Shown here: in pieces, positions 10,912 through 23,292 of the stretch
Position numbering within the stretch: position 1 is the first letter of the stretch
Layout of the letters: each line of letters begins with the position of its first letter
Origin: Spirochaetota bacterium
GTDB taxonomy: Bacteria > Spirochaetota > UBA4802 > JAFGDQ01
Direction: 5' to 3'
Length of the DNA stretch: 64,000 nucleotides
NCBI GenBank assembly: GCA_043803405.1
Contig: JAZDKB010000018.1
Location: 1 to 64,000, forward strand
Made by a program: the position numbers and the translations under genes
The notes under the pieces: model-generated
What the model was told of the DNA's origin: nothing
The model's input: the letters and a program-made list of their open reading frames with translations, nothing else
Databases searched by the model: none

Positions 10912-11708
10912 AAGAAAAAAGTATGTATATTCTGCATCTTGATACCCCAAGAATTATTATACTTAGTTCCGTATTAATTGGTCTAATAATAACAGCAGCG
11001 CTTATTGGCATGAACATGCATAAGCTGGATCAAAAAGATAACAGCGGTCTCCCTCACGACAGCGCGGTCATGGATAACCTGGCTATAGAAAACGGCGAAA
11101 AAAGCACTGTGGACAGTACTGCTGAACCGCCCTTAAACAGCGATAATATTCTGAAAAATAAAGAAAACGATAACACAATTACCGGCATGGACAGCTCCAT
11201 AAAGCCAAAAGACAGCATGTTCGCCAGCCAGGGAGCTGATAATGTCAGCAACACAGCGGTAAAAGAATCAGCCGCAGATGTTCTCTCTCATGAAAACATT
11301 GAAACAATAATTCCTCCTGCCCATGTAATAAAAAAATCGACTCAAAAGAATTCCGTTAATGCAGCTGATAAGACAAATAAGAAGCATTCCGACAAAATAA
11401 AGAATAGTTCGAAGAGAAAAGATGTTGTGGAAGTATCTTCAAAGGAAAAAATATTTCATGCGCCGGATGATAAAAATTATTTCTCAATTCAGGTAGCTGC
11501 ATTTGATAAAAAATCCAAAGCCCTATCGGAAAAAAACAATCTTGAGGGTAAAAAATACAATTCATATATCGACAATGCAAAGGTCGGGGGAAAAACATTT
11601 TATAGAGTAATGATTGGGCCGATTAATTCAAAGAAAAAAGCAATCGATCTTCTGGAGGAAATTTCTGCCGATAAACGTTACGAAGAAAGTTATATAATTA
11701 AAAGATAA
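10875..11708 (+). CDS. SPOR domain cell-division protein (FtsN-like architecture)
   Basis: TM helix, low-complexity linker, C-terminal FSIQVAAF...YRVMIGP. Confidence 0.85.
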   Translation: MEDFATKDQKGIKEKSMYILHLDTPRIIILSSVLIGLIITAALIGMNMHKLDQKDNSGLPHDSAVMDNLAIENGEKSTVDSTAEPPLNSDNILKNKENDNTITGMDSSIKPKDSMFASQGADNVSNTAVKESAADVLSHENIETIIPPAHVIKKSTQKNSVNAADKTNKKHSDKIKNSSKRKDVVEVSSKEKIFHAPDDKNYFSIQVAAFDKKSKALSEKNNLEGKKYNSYIDNAKVGGKTFYRVMIGPINSKKKAIDLLEEISADKRYEESYIIKR

Positions 11709-11852
11709 GCTAACCCTAACCCCACTCCACTGCTCCGCCTTTGGCTCTGTACCTTCGGCCTTGTCAGGGGGGAGCAACAATTGCTGAAAATCACGGATGG
11801 GCACAGATTGTTCCTCCTTCCGTCCTTCGGCCGGAAAGGGGTATGGAGGCGT

Positions 11853-14312
11853 TTACTCGCCTTCCGGTATTACAGCAAAATCAGTTACAACATCATCTCC
11901 CTCAACATCCAGAAGCCGTACACCAACTGTCGCTCTTCCAAGCGATGATATTTCTTTTGCCGTACATCGGATTGTTTTTCCGCTCTTTGAGGCAATGACA
12001 ATCTCATCCGACTGGAATACGGACTTAATTGCTACCGATACACCGTTTTTATCCGTTACTTTAAGATAGGCCATTCCTTTTCCGCCTCTGCCCTTTGTAG
12101 CAAAGTTTCTGTACTCGACCCGCTTCCCGTATCCTTTCGCGGAAACTACAAAGAGCGAAGAATCTTTTTTTACAACATCCATGCCTATTATTTCGTCTCC
12201 GGCGCCCAGCCTCATGCCGATTATTCCTGCAGCAGCCCTTCCCATTGCCCTCATCTTGGATATATTTGTCCTTACAAGCAGGCCGTTTTTCGAAGCAATT
12301 ACAATATCATCATCCTTCTCAACCAGCTCTACAGCAACAAGCTCGTCGTTCTTCTTAAGAGTAAGGGCAATAATACCGCCTTTTTTAGCGTTCCTGTATT
12401 CCGAAACATCGATCTTTTTAAGAATGCCCTCTTTAGTAACCATGCATATATATATTTCTTTTTCAATTTCGGGAACGGAACACATTGCAGTTATGTCTTC
12501 ACCTGCGGAAAGATTAATAATTCCCTTTAATGATTTGCCTCTGCTGGTTTTGGAAGCAATAGGGATTTCATGCGTCTTAAATCCAAAAATCTTTCCTTTA
12601 TTTGAAAATAAAAATATATTATCGTGGGTCGACGAGAGTGCCATAAGCCGTATAAAATCATCTCTCTTGTTAGACATTCCGGATGCGCCCTTGCCGCCCC
12701 TTCTCTGCTTTTTAAAAGTGTCAGCGGGCAGTCTCCGCACAAATCCGTCCTGGGTGATAGTTACGACCATGCTTTCTTCCGCGATCAGATCCTCAATTTC
12801 GAAGCTTGTTACATCGCTGTTGCTGTAATCGATCTGAGTTCTCCGGCTCTCTTTATATTTCTCTTTAACTTCAAGAAGTTCGTTTTTGACAATCTCCAGG
12901 ATTCTTTTTTCGCTTTTTAAAATCGCGTTAAGTTCTTTAATGAGTTTTATCAGGCTCGCGAGTTCTTCTATTACTTTTTTAACCTCAAGACTTGTTAGTC
13001 TCTGCAGTCTCATCTCAAGGATGGCTCTTGCCTGTATCTGGGAAAGCTTAAAGGCTTTTATCAGCCTTTCTTCGGCCTGATCAACGTCTTTGGAAGATCG
13101 TATTATTTTAATTACTTCATCGATATTATCCAGGGCTATTTTTAATCCCTCTAAAATATGTGCCCTTTCTTCCGCTTTGCGTAGTTCGAATTTTGTTCTT
13201 CTTATGACTACTTCTTTTCTGTGAAGCACATAATTGGAGAGCATGCTCTTTAAGTCCAATACTCTCGGCTCTCCGTTTACAAGTGCGAGGAGAATAACAC
13301 CAAAAGAAGTCTGAAGCGGTGTGTTTTTATAAAGCTGATTAATGATTACATTTGTATTTGCGTCTTTTTTGAGACCGATATGTATCCGGAATCCCTTTCT
13401 ATCCGACTCGTCCCTGAGCTCGGATATTCCTTCGATATCGCCGTTGTTTACAAGCTCGGCTATCCTTGCAATCAGCGTAGCTTTATTTACCTGATATGGG
13501 ATTTCATTTACTATTATATTTTCCCTGCCTTTGCCCTTCTTTGATTCTTCTATCTCGATCTTTGCCCTGGCGTTTATCTTTCCCCTTCCTGTTGTGTATG
13601 CCTTATATATCCCGTCTGTGCCCATAATTATGCCGCCTGTGGGATAATCCGGGCCCTTTATATGCTTCATCAGTTCTTTTATTGTGATTTCGGGCTTATC
13701 GATAAGGGCAATTGTGCCGTCTATTACTTCTCCCATATTATGAGGCGGAATATTCGTAGCCATGCCTACAGCGATACCCGAAGAGCCATTTACGAGCAGA
13801 TTTGGAAAAGCCGACGGGAGCACATCAGGTTCTTTTCTTGTCTCGTCGAAGTTTGGGCTAAAATTAACTGTCTCTTTATCTATATCCTTAAGCAGAAGCT
13901 CGGCAGACTTAGCAAGCCGCGCTTCAGTGTACCTGTATGCAGCAGGCGGGTCGCCGTCTACTGAACCGAAATTTCCCTGGCCGTCAATAAGCTGAATCCG
14001 CATGGAAAAATCCTGCGCCATCCTGACCATTGTATCATACACGGCAGTATCGCCGTGCGGATGGAAATTACCTATAACTTCTCCGACTATCTTTGCAGAT
14101 TTTACATACGGCCTGTCGCTTCTCCATGCCCTTTCATTCATCGCATGCAAAATCCGTCTGTGAACAGGCTTAAGCCCGTCCCTTACATCCGGAAGAGCCC
14201 GGCCTACAATTACGCTCATAGCATAAGCAAGATAAGAAGTCTTCATCTTATCTTCAATTTCCACATTTAAAATATTTGGTTTTACTTCGGTTTCTTTAGT
14301 CTTGTCTGTCAT
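11853..14312 (-). CDS. gyrA: DNA gyrase subunit A
   Basis: RALPDVRDGLKPVHRR, HPHGD, RYTEAR and the GyrA-box QRRGGKG. Confidence 0.98.
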   Translation of the reverse strand: MTDKTKETEVKPNILNVEIEDKMKTSYLAYAMSVIVGRALPDVRDGLKPVHRRILHAMNERAWRSDRPYVKSAKIVGEVIGNFHPHGDTAVYDTMVRMAQDFSMRIQLIDGQGNFGSVDGDPPAAYRYTEARLAKSAELLLKDIDKETVNFSPNFDETRKEPDVLPSAFPNLLVNGSSGIAVGMATNIPPHNMGEVIDGTIALIDKPEITIKELMKHIKGPDYPTGGIIMGTDGIYKAYTTGRGKINARAKIEIEESKKGKGRENIIVNEIPYQVNKATLIARIAELVNNGDIEGISELRDESDRKGFRIHIGLKKDANTNVIINQLYKNTPLQTSFGVILLALVNGEPRVLDLKSMLSNYVLHRKEVVIRRTKFELRKAEERAHILEGLKIALDNIDEVIKIIRSSKDVDQAEERLIKAFKLSQIQARAILEMRLQRLTSLEVKKVIEELASLIKLIKELNAILKSEKRILEIVKNELLEVKEKYKESRRTQIDYSNSDVTSFEIEDLIAEESMVVTITQDGFVRRLPADTFKKQRRGGKGASGMSNKRDDFIRLMALSSTHDNIFLFSNKGKIFGFKTHEIPIASKTSRGKSLKGIINLSAGEDITAMCSVPEIEKEIYICMVTKEGILKKIDVSEYRNAKKGGIIALTLKKNDELVAVELVEKDDDIVIASKNGLLVRTNISKMRAMGRAAAGIIGMRLGAGDEIIGMDVVKKDSSLFVVSAKGYGKRVEYRNFATKGRGGKGMAYLKVTDKNGVSVAIKSVFQSDEIVIASKSGKTIRCTAKEISSLGRATVGVRLLDVEGDDVVTDFAVIPEGE

Positions 14313-14450
14313 AGTTTTATTATTATATTAAATTTAATACTCATTCCCCCCTCTTTGCGTAGCAGAGAAGTCCCAAAGGGAGGCTGCGCACGGGGTTTGG
14401 GGGTGAGTTAAAAAAAGCCCTCTTTACTTATTAATATTTGAAATTAACTT

Positions 14451-16587
<2,137 letters not shown>

Positions 16588-16651
16588 AAATAAATTTATC
16601 TTAAATTTTCAGCTTTAAAATTCTCTTAAAGCCCGGATACAGGGGATTAAA

Positions 16652-17005
16652 TTACACATTTTTTGGATATAATTTCTGCCAGTCAAGCTTCTTTGTTTCC
16701 AGTCTTATGTCTTTTATTATACCTGAGCCAAAAACATTATTAACTTCTTGTAAAATAATATCTTTCATAAACGATAATTCATTTGAATAGACCGGATGGT
16801 CAACATGAATGAATAAAATATTTTTAAAAATCCTGTCCGGAAGGCTGTGAACAGCCAGCAAATCACCGACAATATTCCGCCATTTCTTGCGTGCTTTTTC
16901 AATAACCAGCACATCGTGCAAGCCTAAATTTTCAAGAATCAATGAAATAGCGGAATTAACCGATACAGTCTTAGCCAGTCTTTCTTCTTTAAATTTGAAC
17001 TTCAT
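16652..17005 (-). CDS. DUF721 / DciA helicase-loader-like protein
   Basis: W..IVG..LA.HS.P and L.I.VD.P.Y.NEL pattern; follows recF. Confidence 0.8.
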   Translation of the reverse strand: MKFKFKEERLAKTVSVNSAISLILENLGLHDVLVIEKARKKWRNIVGDLLAVHSLPDRIFKNILFIHVDHPVYSNELSFMKDIILQEVNNVFGSGIIKDIRLETKKLDWQKLYPKNV

Positions 17006-18111
17006 AACTTTTTTACCAGCCCGTCAGGGGAAATATAATATTTTAAAATATTATCGCTTATATCTGTCCCGATTGAATCCGGATTAACAGCAGTAATAAG
17101 TATCTGATTCCCGTCTTTAACAACATCCATCAATCTGTCTTTTCTTTTCTCATCCAGCTCGCCGAATATATCGTCAATTAATACAACCGCTTTTTCTTTT
17201 GTCTGATTTTCTATAAACCGGTATTCCGCTATTTTTAAAGAAACGGCAGCAGTTCTTTTCTGTCCCTGGGAAGCGCAGTCTTTAAATAAAATGCCTTTTT
17301 TATACAATAAGGTAAAATCATCCCTGTGAGGACCGATTCCTGTAAAACCGGTAATAATATCCTTATCCCTGGTCTGATGAAACTTTTTCAGAATATCGTT
17401 TTCTTCGAATGAACTCAAACTTGCATTATATTCAATATATGGAGTTTCTTCATTCCCCGATATGCGTCTGCCGGAATCCGTAAATGATGAATTATAATTC
17501 TTCAGGAATTCAATTCTTTTTTTCAGGATAACCGACGAACGAACAGCAAGCATATCATCCCACACGTCAAGCTCCGAACTCCTGCCCTGCCTCTTCTCTC
17601 TTATGTCTCTTAAAAGTTTATTTCTTGCAGCAAGAATCCTTTTAAAATCGCTTAAAGTGTCCAGATAACCGGCATCTGTTTTGGATATTATACCGTCAAT
17701 AAATTTCCGTCTTGCCTCAGGCGGACCGGATATAAGATTAATATCTTCAGGAGAAAAAATTACTGTTAAGAACTTGCCGTAATAATCGGATATCTTTTTC
17801 TTTACAATGCCGTCTATTTTCGCTTTTTTTTGAATATTGCCCGAAAATACCGAACACCCGATTTCAAACTTTTCAAAAGAAACGCCGCCAAGAATTAAAG
17901 AACAATGATACGAAGTTTCTCCCCATTTAATTATTTCATGATCTGAAATATTGCGAAAAGATCTTAGATTGGCAATAACAGATATTGATTCCAGTATATT
18001 CGTTTTGCCCGCAGCATTCGGACCTGCTATTAAATTTATCCCCGGAGAAAATTCAAAAAATGCTTTCGTATAATTCCTGAAATTCCTTACGGCAAGTTCC
18101 TTAATAAACAT
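17002..18111 (-). CDS. recF: DNA replication/repair protein RecF
   Basis: NFRNY, GPNAAGKTN, GPHRDD, SQGQ and DDIFGELD motifs. Confidence 0.96.
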   Translation of the reverse strand: MFIKELAVRNFRNYTKAFFEFSPGINLIAGPNAAGKTNILESISVIANLRSFRNISDHEIIKWGETSYHCSLILGGVSFEKFEIGCSVFSGNIQKKAKIDGIVKKKISDYYGKFLTVIFSPEDINLISGPPEARRKFIDGIISKTDAGYLDTLSDFKRILAARNKLLRDIREKRQGRSSELDVWDDMLAVRSSVILKKRIEFLKNYNSSFTDSGRRISGNEETPYIEYNASLSSFEENDILKKFHQTRDKDIITGFTGIGPHRDDFTLLYKKGILFKDCASQGQKRTAAVSLKIAEYRFIENQTKEKAVVLIDDIFGELDEKRKDRLMDVVKDGNQILITAVNPDSIGTDISDNILKYYISPDGLVKKL

Positions 18112-18212
18112 AGTTATAACCTAATCTCCATTTTCTGTCTTCCGCCCCTTTCTTATATCAAAGACATCCGTCCGATGGAATGTTTAACGCAACGGGGATT
18201 AAAGGGATGAGG

Positions 18213-19346
18213 TTATTCGTTCTCTGTTGTCTTTATTTTTATCGGCATAATTACGGAAATGAAATCCGGATCATTATCCGGTATGAATTTAACAGGGCTC
18301 ATCTGGCCAGTAATGCCTGTAATTATTTTTTCCGAATCCATTTCTTTAATTGAGTCATATAAAAACTGGGCGTTTAAACCTATTGTTATTTCTTCTTTTA
18401 TATCCGAATCAACAGCTACATCTTCAACGCATTCACCCAGTTCGGATGTTTTAACTTCGATTGTAAGCAGATCTTTTTTAAAATGACATAAAATTGTATT
18501 TGCCGGAGGTCTCGTAAAAATCAGCGCACGTCTTAAGGATTCAGCAAGCCGGTTCTTCGGTACATGGATCGTTATATCCTGTTCCTTGGGTATTACCTGC
18601 TTATAATTCGGAAACTTATGATCTATTGTTCTTGTAACAAATTCTGTTCTGCCTATTTTAAAAAAGCACTGGTTTTCTCTCATTGAAAAAGTGCACATCC
18701 CCTCAGAGCTTAAAAGCCTTTGCAGCTCGTGCATTGCTTTTAACGGAATAATTATTCCCTCATCCAGATCTATTTCATTTTTTAAATTGCGGGTTATTAT
18801 TGAAAGCCTTCTTGAATCAGTGGCAACCAGTGTGAGATTTTGCCTTGATTGGGATACGAAAAATACCCCGTTAAAAAAAGGTTTAATTGTATCTGCCGCA
18901 GCCGCGTATATTACTTTTCTTATCATATCCTTCAGATCACCCTGGTTTATTTCAACCGCGCCCGATTCATTAAATCCTGGAATTTCAGGATAATTCTCAG
19001 CCGACGTTCCGATAAGAGTAAAATCGCCTTTTACACTGCCAGATTTTGTCTTAACAGCAATCTGGTATGAATCATCAATATCAATAGTGACAAGCCCGCC
19101 GGGCAATTCCTTAAGAAGTCCCGACAGCCTTGCCCCGTTAACAGTAAAGGAAATGTCTTCATCGGCCTGTGCGTCCAGCCTTGTTTTAATTCCTATTTCA
19201 TTATCAGTGGCCGATATTTCTATTTCGTCCCTGGAGATTTTAAAGAGGCAGTTAACCAGTATCGCATTAACGGTTCTGGACGGAATAAGAGAATCCGCTA
19301 TGCCAATAGATTTTATTAATAAATCCTTGTCCGCTTCTATCCGCAT
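18213..19346 (-). CDS. dnaN: DNA polymerase III beta clamp
   Basis: ATDNEI, VATDSRRLS, FPNYKQVIP and VIMPI motifs; follows dnaA. Confidence 0.96.
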   Translation of the reverse strand: MRIEADKDLLIKSIGIADSLIPSRTVNAILVNCLFKISRDEIEISATDNEIGIKTRLDAQADEDISFTVNGARLSGLLKELPGGLVTIDIDDSYQIAVKTKSGSVKGDFTLIGTSAENYPEIPGFNESGAVEINQGDLKDMIRKVIYAAAADTIKPFFNGVFFVSQSRQNLTLVATDSRRLSIITRNLKNEIDLDEGIIIPLKAMHELQRLLSSEGMCTFSMRENQCFFKIGRTEFVTRTIDHKFPNYKQVIPKEQDITIHVPKNRLAESLRRALIFTRPPANTILCHFKKDLLTIEVKTSELGECVEDVAVDSDIKEEITIGLNAQFLYDSIKEMDSEKIITGITGQMSPVKFIPDNDPDFISVIMPIKIKTTENE

Positions 19347-19534
19347 TTTTCTACCTCAATTAAATACTAAGTATAATAAATTATACCGCACATTAACTTA
19401 TATATATATAAATTATCAAGTGTATTTTTTAAACAGCCCGGATTCCGGCGTATCGGCAGATTTAACAAAGTTGTTATTCGATACTCGGAAATTTAAAGCG
19501 GTATTTTTTTCGCGGGTATTATTAAACAAAAAAA

Positions 19535-20887
19535 TTATATCTTCAGCTCGTGAATCATATCTTCGATTAACTCTTTTATTTCCTCTTCTTCTTCCATCAT
19601 TTTTTCCACGTTATTCATTGCGTTAAGGACCGTTGAATGATCTCTGTCTCCGAACTCCTTTCCGATATCGGTAGTGGTCATGTTTGTCAGTTTTCTGGAC
19701 AGGTACATGGCAACAAATCTCGGTTTTATGAACCTGGAATGCCTGCTTTTTGACATAATATCGTCTTTGCTGACATTAAATCTTACTGCAACTTTTTTCA
19801 TAATTTCAGATGTTGAAATATTTTTATCCGTATCTTCGTCAAAAAGTGTTTTAAGATGGAACTTCGCATCCTGAATTGTTATAGGGCTGTTGTTTACACT
19901 GGCCACTATATTCAGCCTTTTTAATGCTGCTTCAAGCGCCCTGATGCTGGACTTTATTCTGCGTGCAATATAGTTCAGCACTTCATCCGGTATTACAATG
20001 CCTTCGAGTTCAGCCTTGTTTCTGAGAATCGCCTCGCGCGTCTCCAGGTTAGGCGGTTGTATATCTGTTATAAGCCCCCATTCGAATCTGGTTCTGAGCC
20101 TCTCTTCAAGGGTAGATAATTCCTTTGGCGGCCTGTCGCTTGTTATTATAATCTGTTTTTTATTGTTGTATAATTCATTAAAAGTGTGAAAAAATTCTTC
20201 CTGGGTCTGTTCCTTTTTTTCGATAAACTGGATGTCGTCAATTAAAAGAATATCAACATTTCTGTATTTTATTTTAAAACTATTGATTGTGTTTGTCCGC
20301 AATGCCTGGATAAATTCATTTATAAAATGTTCGCTTGAAACATAAAGCACGTTCATGTAAGGTTTTTCTTTTCCCACATAATGACCTATTGCCTGCATTA
20401 AATGGGTTTTGCCGAGCCCTGTTCCGCCGTATAAAAATAAAGGATTATACTGGGTTGCCGGACTTTTGGATACTGAAACGGCAGCAGCGTGAGCCAGCTG
20501 ATTATTCGGGCCTACAACAAAATTTTCAAATGTGTACTGCGGATATAACGAGGACCTTCCGTTATCCGAATCCGATATTAAAAACTCGCTGTCATCTTTT
20601 TCAGATATTTCGTCCAAGATTTCACCTTCGTTTGTTTCAATCTTTTCATTGGCTAAAACAAATTCACAGGTCAGGTTCTGATTTGTCAAATCATTGACCA
20701 TCGCCTCAATGTAAGGAGAGTAGTTATCCGTAATATGACGTCTGGCCACATCATCCGGCACTTTTATATACAGCGTATTTTTATCAAAAGATAAAAGCTT
20801 GGTATCCCTGAACCACATATCAAAAGACTGCTTATTAATATCAGTCCTCATATTATCAAGAACTTTGCCCCAAATTTCATTAATCAT
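19535..20887 (-). CDS. dnaA: Chromosomal replication initiator DnaA (likely ATG start at 20887)
   Basis: YNPLFLYGGTGLGKTHL, DDIQF, RFEWGL and RDHSTV motifs. Confidence 0.98.
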   Translation of the reverse strand: MINEIWGKVLDNMRTDINKQSFDMWFRDTKLLSFDKNTLYIKVPDDVARRHITDNYSPYIEAMVNDLTNQNLTCEFVLANEKIETNEGEILDEISEKDDSEFLISDSDNGRSSLYPQYTFENFVVGPNNQLAHAAAVSVSKSPATQYNPLFLYGGTGLGKTHLMQAIGHYVGKEKPYMNVLYVSSEHFINEFIQALRTNTINSFKIKYRNVDILLIDDIQFIEKKEQTQEEFFHTFNELYNNKKQIIITSDRPPKELSTLEERLRTRFEWGLITDIQPPNLETREAILRNKAELEGIVIPDEVLNYIARRIKSSIRALEAALKRLNIVASVNNSPITIQDAKFHLKTLFDEDTDKNISTSEIMKKVAVRFNVSKDDIMSKSRHSRFIKPRFVAMYLSRKLTNMTTTDIGKEFGDRDHSTVLNAMNNVEKMMEEEEEIKELIEDMIHELKI

Positions 20888-20894
20888 GACATAC

Positions 20895-21300
20895 CTGTGA
20901 ATTATCAACAATTGTTAATAACTTTGTTTATAACTAAATAAACAAAAATTTAATTACACTTTATATAAAAACAATTATTTACTTATGCGATAGCAGATGA
21001 TAGGAGAACTATTTAATATAAAGATATTAGAAATTTAACCCGACAGTCTTTAATAAAACATTATGATCATATTTTTCAACAAATTAATTTGATATTTTTA
21101 AAAATACGGGAAAAATTGCAAATTTCTTAATAAGATATAGATTATCGGTTGATAACATAAAAATTATTGTTGATAAATATATTATTAATGTTAATATGTT
21201 CTACTTTTTTGTGAATATATATTTTAACTTTAATTAATGCAATATTTCTTTTCTGTTGAAATAATATTTTTCTCAAATTATGAACAAAAATAAAATAACC
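20895..21300. promoter_or_regulatory. AT-rich dnaA upstream region with a DnaA-box-like cluster (part of oriC)
   Basis: TTATCAACA at 20902; TGTTAATAA at 20913; TGTTTATAA at 20925; TGTTGATAA at 21168. Confidence 0.7.
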
Positions 21301-21316
21301 GGATAAAGGTATAATA

Positions 21317-21577
21317 ATGAGTGTTATAATAAAAGACATTGAAAAAAACAACAAAGAAATAATAAGAATTGAAGTTTCGGAATTTAAAGGCCAGGAATTA
21401 ATTAATTTACGGATATGGTTCCAGGCATTTGACGGCAGCGGCAACATGGTATACAGGCCTTCGCAAAAAGGAATAGCTATTAACATTTCAAAATATGAAG
21501 AATTAAAACAGGGAATAGAAAAAATCGGAGAATATATTAACGATAAAAAATCAGGTTTTAATTCAGAAGATCAATGA
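21317..21577 (+). CDS. PC4/p15 (YdbC-like) ssDNA-binding protein
   Basis: VSEFKGQELINLRIW...PSQKGIAI pattern of the PC4 fold. Confidence 0.85.
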   Translation: MSVIIKDIEKNNKEIIRIEVSEFKGQELINLRIWFQAFDGSGNMVYRPSQKGIAINISKYEELKQGIEKIGEYINDKKSGFNSEDQ

Positions 21578-22997
21578 TGCCGTCCTGATACAGGGAAATT
21601 AGTTCATTAACGCAAACCGACCTTGCCTTGTTAATCTGAATTTCGTCGTGAATAATATTCGGATTAACAATTCCCTGTAAAACATCTATAATCAGATATT
21701 TTGCGCCCAGCGGCAGGTTTTCAATCAAAGAAAGAATTTTATTTTTATTCATGTTTTTCAGTGCGGTCGACATTATAAACCAGCCAACGCCGAACAGCAG
21801 ATAGATCAATTCATTTTTATCGAGTTTTCTTAATATCACAGGAAAGGCTTCGTGACTCATTTTCATTTTTTGTATTTTTAATTTTTTGTACTTTGAAATA
21901 AAGTCAGCCTGCGATTCAATTCTCTCAAATACAGAAAAATTTTTCTTTTTTATAATCGAAATAATTTCTTCCAGTCTCTTTCCGGACAAATGTTTTGAAA
22001 AAAAGCTGTGATATATATCCGGATTATCCGATATGCATTTTGCAATTTCCGAATCCCTGGAATACGAGATTGTATTATATAATTCGCCAGAAGAATCGAT
22101 CTCTTCAATCCATTTAATAAAAGTTCTTTTTAATACAAGCCTGCTGTTCTGAAATATCCTGAGCCATTTCTGCATATTTAACATGAATACCGAAAATGCA
22201 AAATTATCGTTATTTTTCATTAAAATAAAAATAGATTCCTCGATCGAGTATATTCCTCCTGCAAGATCGCGTTTATTTACTGAAAGATTCCTCATGATTC
22301 TTTCCACATCCTTAACGGTATTCAATGACAGATTTTTTTTAATGAGCAAAGTATGCTGCGGAAAGGATAAAAGTATGAGAGATATCTGGTATTGCGTAAG
22401 CAGATTTTTTTTTTGAAGATGATATAATAATTTTTGAATCTCAGCTTCGTTTAAAGTATTAAAAATTAATTCCAGGTTCGGAAAATAATTAACGGGATTT
22501 AAAAAATAATTTAATATTAATTCTTCAAAAAATTCGGCGTTAAAAGAATTTATTTTTTTTGAAAAAAGTCTGATGAACTCAAAAGGAATAATCAGGCTTA
22601 AAAATAAATCGTCATCTTCTGCTTTAAACGAAATATCCAGCCTGATTTTTTTTTCAGAATTCTGAACATTACTTATAGTTTTTTTTAAAATAATCTGAAA
22701 TTCCGTTTTAAAAATAAAATTTAAAATAACTTTTAGATTATATAAATTATCATTATAATGTTTTGTGATTTTTTCTTTTCTTTCTTCGTTCGGATCTGAA
22801 CAAAATAATTCAACATTGATCTGCGTATTGCTTTTAGTAATCTGAAGAGCGCATAACATATCGTAATTAAAATACGTATTTTCATGTTCCATGAAAGAAG
22901 AAACAGAATAATGTGAAGACATAAAGTGAGATTTTAAAAATGTTTCCAGATCCGGTATAAGTAGGTTTATAATTAATCTGGCTGCCAGGTTAAGCAT
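21558..22997 (-). CDS. Protein with repeated FliG C-terminal-like domains
   Basis: LNEAEIQKLL and ILRKLDKNEL..LL....W..MSTALK segments; C-terminal INKARSVCVNELISLYQDGII resembles FliG_C. Confidence 0.6.
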   Translation of the reverse strand: MLNLAARLIINLLIPDLETFLKSHFMSSHYSVSSFMEHENTYFNYDMLCALQITKSNTQINVELFCSDPNEERKEKITKHYNDNLYNLKVILNFIFKTEFQIILKKTISNVQNSEKKIRLDISFKAEDDDLFLSLIIPFEFIRLFSKKINSFNAEFFEELILNYFLNPVNYFPNLELIFNTLNEAEIQKLLYHLQKKNLLTQYQISLILLSFPQHTLLIKKNLSLNTVKDVERIMRNLSVNKRDLAGGIYSIEESIFILMKNNDNFAFSVFMLNMQKWLRIFQNSRLVLKRTFIKWIEEIDSSGELYNTISYSRDSEIAKCISDNPDIYHSFFSKHLSGKRLEEIISIIKKKNFSVFERIESQADFISKYKKLKIQKMKMSHEAFPVILRKLDKNELIYLLFGVGWFIMSTALKNMNKNKILSLIENLPLGAKYLIIDVLQGIVNPNIIHDEIQINKARSVCVNELISLYQDGIIDLLN

Positions 22998-22999
22998 AA

Positions 23000-23290
23000 T
23001 TATATTTTATAAAGCTCTATTAATATTATACACATAATGAATATAGTATAATAGTAGTAGTAGTAGATTACAATAATAATTGTTAATAACTGTCAATATT
23101 CGGAAAAAACAGGCCTTTGAACGGAAAAAGAGTGTTGATAACCTGTTGAATTAATGTGACATAATATTGATAAGAAATCCGTATAAAAAATTATTATTAA
23201 AGGCACTTTTAAAAATATTAAAATATGCGTTCTTTGCCGAAATATCAACATCTTGATGCTGAATAATTAACAGAATATTAACAGCAAAAA
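23000..23290. promoter_or_regulatory. Putative oriC unwinding element (DnaA-box variants plus TAG trios)
   Basis: (TAG)5 at 23052-23066 next to TGTTAATAA (23081), TGTCAATAT (23091) and TGTTGATAA (23133); AT-rich flank. Confidence 0.55.
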
Positions 23291-23292
23291 AG

